NCBI RefSeq assembly: GCF_036321535.1
Contig: NC_087436.1
Span: 70,806,001 to 70,870,000 of the forward strand
Direction: 5' to 3'
DNA from: Camelus dromedarius
Taxonomy: Eukaryota
DNA length: 64,000 nucleotides
The notes under the pieces were generated by a model. The model did no database searches. It saw only the letters and a list, made by a program, of their open reading frames with translations, and had not been told where the DNA came from. The position numbers were made by a program, and so were the translations under genes. Shown here one piece after another: positions 61,901 to 64,000 of this stretch (position 1 is the first letter of the stretch; every line of letters starts with the position of its first letter).

Positions 61901-64000
61901 GCTACAAATTAAGAGAGAATGGGGTGGAGACACACAGCAGTCCCCCGTTAACACCTGAGTGCTACTGACCAAGCCCAAGATAATAAAAAGCTTCTTTGAT
62001 TTGTGAACTTGCACTCATAAATACAAACCCTCAAAATAGAATTCAGTGCATTTTTTCCAACAGTGATACACAATAGTCTTCCTTTTGGATTCAGCGCTAT
62101 TAAATTGAAGTGCACTAAATAGCCATTTATAGTACTGCAACCTGCTGGGACTTAGATTCTTGAGGGACCAGGGATGATTTTGATCAGTATGACTCCAGTT
62201 ACATTTGCTATTAAAAATTGCTTGATCTCTACCATAAAATGCTACATCTACCATGAGATGAGTTCCAATTTCTTGAAGCAGTTAACTAGAAATATAGAAG
62301 GTGTTCCTTGGCTTACATTTGTTTCAGAGGGGTATTTATTCAGAAAATACAATCTTCTTTCAAAGCAAAACATGTTGAGTTAGAACACCTTCAGTTTCTC
62401 TGGGCAGAGAAAGCACATAGAATATCATATAGCGTATATACAGTAAATTGAATTAAGCTGAAATCATTGTTTTTAGAACTTTGACTCAATAAATTGCTCT
62501 GAGGAGTCGTATTTAGCAACAATAAACTTGTTCCGACCACAAAGGTTTTCTTTTCACAAGGCAGATACTACCTAATCAATGCTGTACAACTTGCAGCTGG
62601 GAGCAAGAAAGGACCTCTTTAGGAGGTTCCTTTTTTAATTTAAAAAATGTATTTTCTTAGGTATGAGTGAGTCCAGGCTATTTTTGGTGGAAGGCTGCTA
62701 ACTTTTTCCTCAATGGTACATATTAAGCCTGAGAAGCAATCAAGGAATGGGGCTCAGTGTGTTGGGAATCAAGGAATGGGGCTCAGCGGATGTGTAATGT
62801 TGTGAATCTTAGAAGAACCAGCAGAGATCTAGAAAAACGCAGGGGCTGGCGAGGTTGAGGCTGCCTCCTGTAGTATCTTTGTGAAGGTCACAGGGACAGC
62901 GCTGAAGGTCAACACTGTCACATCATGCTCGGCTGCATTTATAGTTTGCATGTATCAATTTATTTTGGTAACAAATCATCATACTTATCATTGTACGAGG
63001 ATATTGTAGCTGATAACAAGCAGGGTGTATCCTAGCTGTCTCCCTAGGAGCTCTGGTTTGGCTTAGGTTAGGCCATCAGATGTCATTCCCGGGGGGTGGG
63101 TTCCAGCTCTAGGTCTGGGAGAACAATGGGAAAAATGTTAGAAAAACAGAGCTAACAGGCAATAATCATCGTAGTGCTCAAGAGATGCATCTACAGTCAG
63201 GTTATTATGTATAAAGATAAACCTGTCTAGTAAGACCCGTATATCCACTGTTGCCCACCTGATGGGTCCAGAATAAAATCTAAGAAATTCCCAGGCCCTC
63301 ACTGTTACGCCACAGTACATCATACAGTTTTTTCTTTGAAGTAATGGTGTATATAACTTTATGAACTATGAGTATGAATAATCGTTGTCAGAGCAAAAAA
63401 AGCAACCAATGGCACATGAGGCTCCTCAGTCATGGGACTGGATCATAGTTCAGTAGTTGTTCTTTTAGTAAAACACCAAGTGAAGACATTTTATCAAATC
63501 ACCTTCTGCTTTGTAATGAGGCATACGTGTCTTCCTCTCGTTCATTTTCTTTTCCAAGATGCTACAGCAGAATTGTATCATAATTCTATTTGCACAGTGC
63601 AGGAAATCCTGTGTTTCATTGTCCTCAGTGAGTTTATTCCTTGGAGTGAGGAGGAAATGGGGATGTGTTGGTGCTTTCCTCATTCTCATAGTATGAGTAC
63701 CTAGCTGTGCTGAGTGTGATTCTGGTAGTAGTTCCTGTTTAACCTGATTCTGCCATGTGAGCCAACTGCCAGCCTTCTCTGCTGGCAACCCAAGGAACAC
63801 TATTTCCAAAACTGAAGGAAAAAAAGGTAACTGGCTTTGTGAGATTGACTAAGACAGTAGTTTCCTCTAATGAGGCATGCAAAAGTGGCCGCAGTCAGTT
63901 TCAGGGCTAGAAGAAATTGATCAGGGGGACCAGTAACTGTCAAGATGACAACTCAGATTTCTAAAAAGACTTGCATTAAGAGTGAAATGGTTATCAAACT

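Noticed and set aside
62608..62641. Hairpin followed by a T-run, resembling a bacterial intrinsic terminator
   Set aside because: The context is mammalian with no upstream gene or Pol III unit, and a short imperfect stem is expected by chance.

Overview
This is mammalian genomic DNA: AT-rich, CpG-depleted and roughly half interspersed repeats. I find no supportable protein-coding gene, RNA gene, CpG island or CRISPR array. Three tRNA-Ala(AGC)-derived SINEs match the camelid Vic-1 pattern, and I see no Alu, B1 or Bov-A/BovB, so the source is probably a camelid (alpaca, llama or camel). The repeats include ancient L2, MIR and CR1/L3 pieces, old L1M fragments, several younger 5'-truncated L1 3' ends with readable target-site duplications (TSDs), MaLR LTRs and internal sequence, ERVL pro/RT and RNase H fossils, an ERV1 remnant and hAT MITEs. 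The recognisable ORFs in the track are transposon fossils; the rest look like chance ORFs. L1 pieces lie mostly on the minus strand, which hints at an intron of a plus-strand gene. I do not see a convincing novel biological system. The best leads are an unassigned coding-like segment with an eroded CCHC knuckle (9.4-10.1 kb), an internally deleted L2 that keeps its endonuclease N-terminus, a few candidate cis-regulatory sites, an unexplained dispersed direct repeat and two candidate cassette exons. Repeat family names come from my recall of consensus sequences, not a database search, and boundaries without a TSD are approximate.
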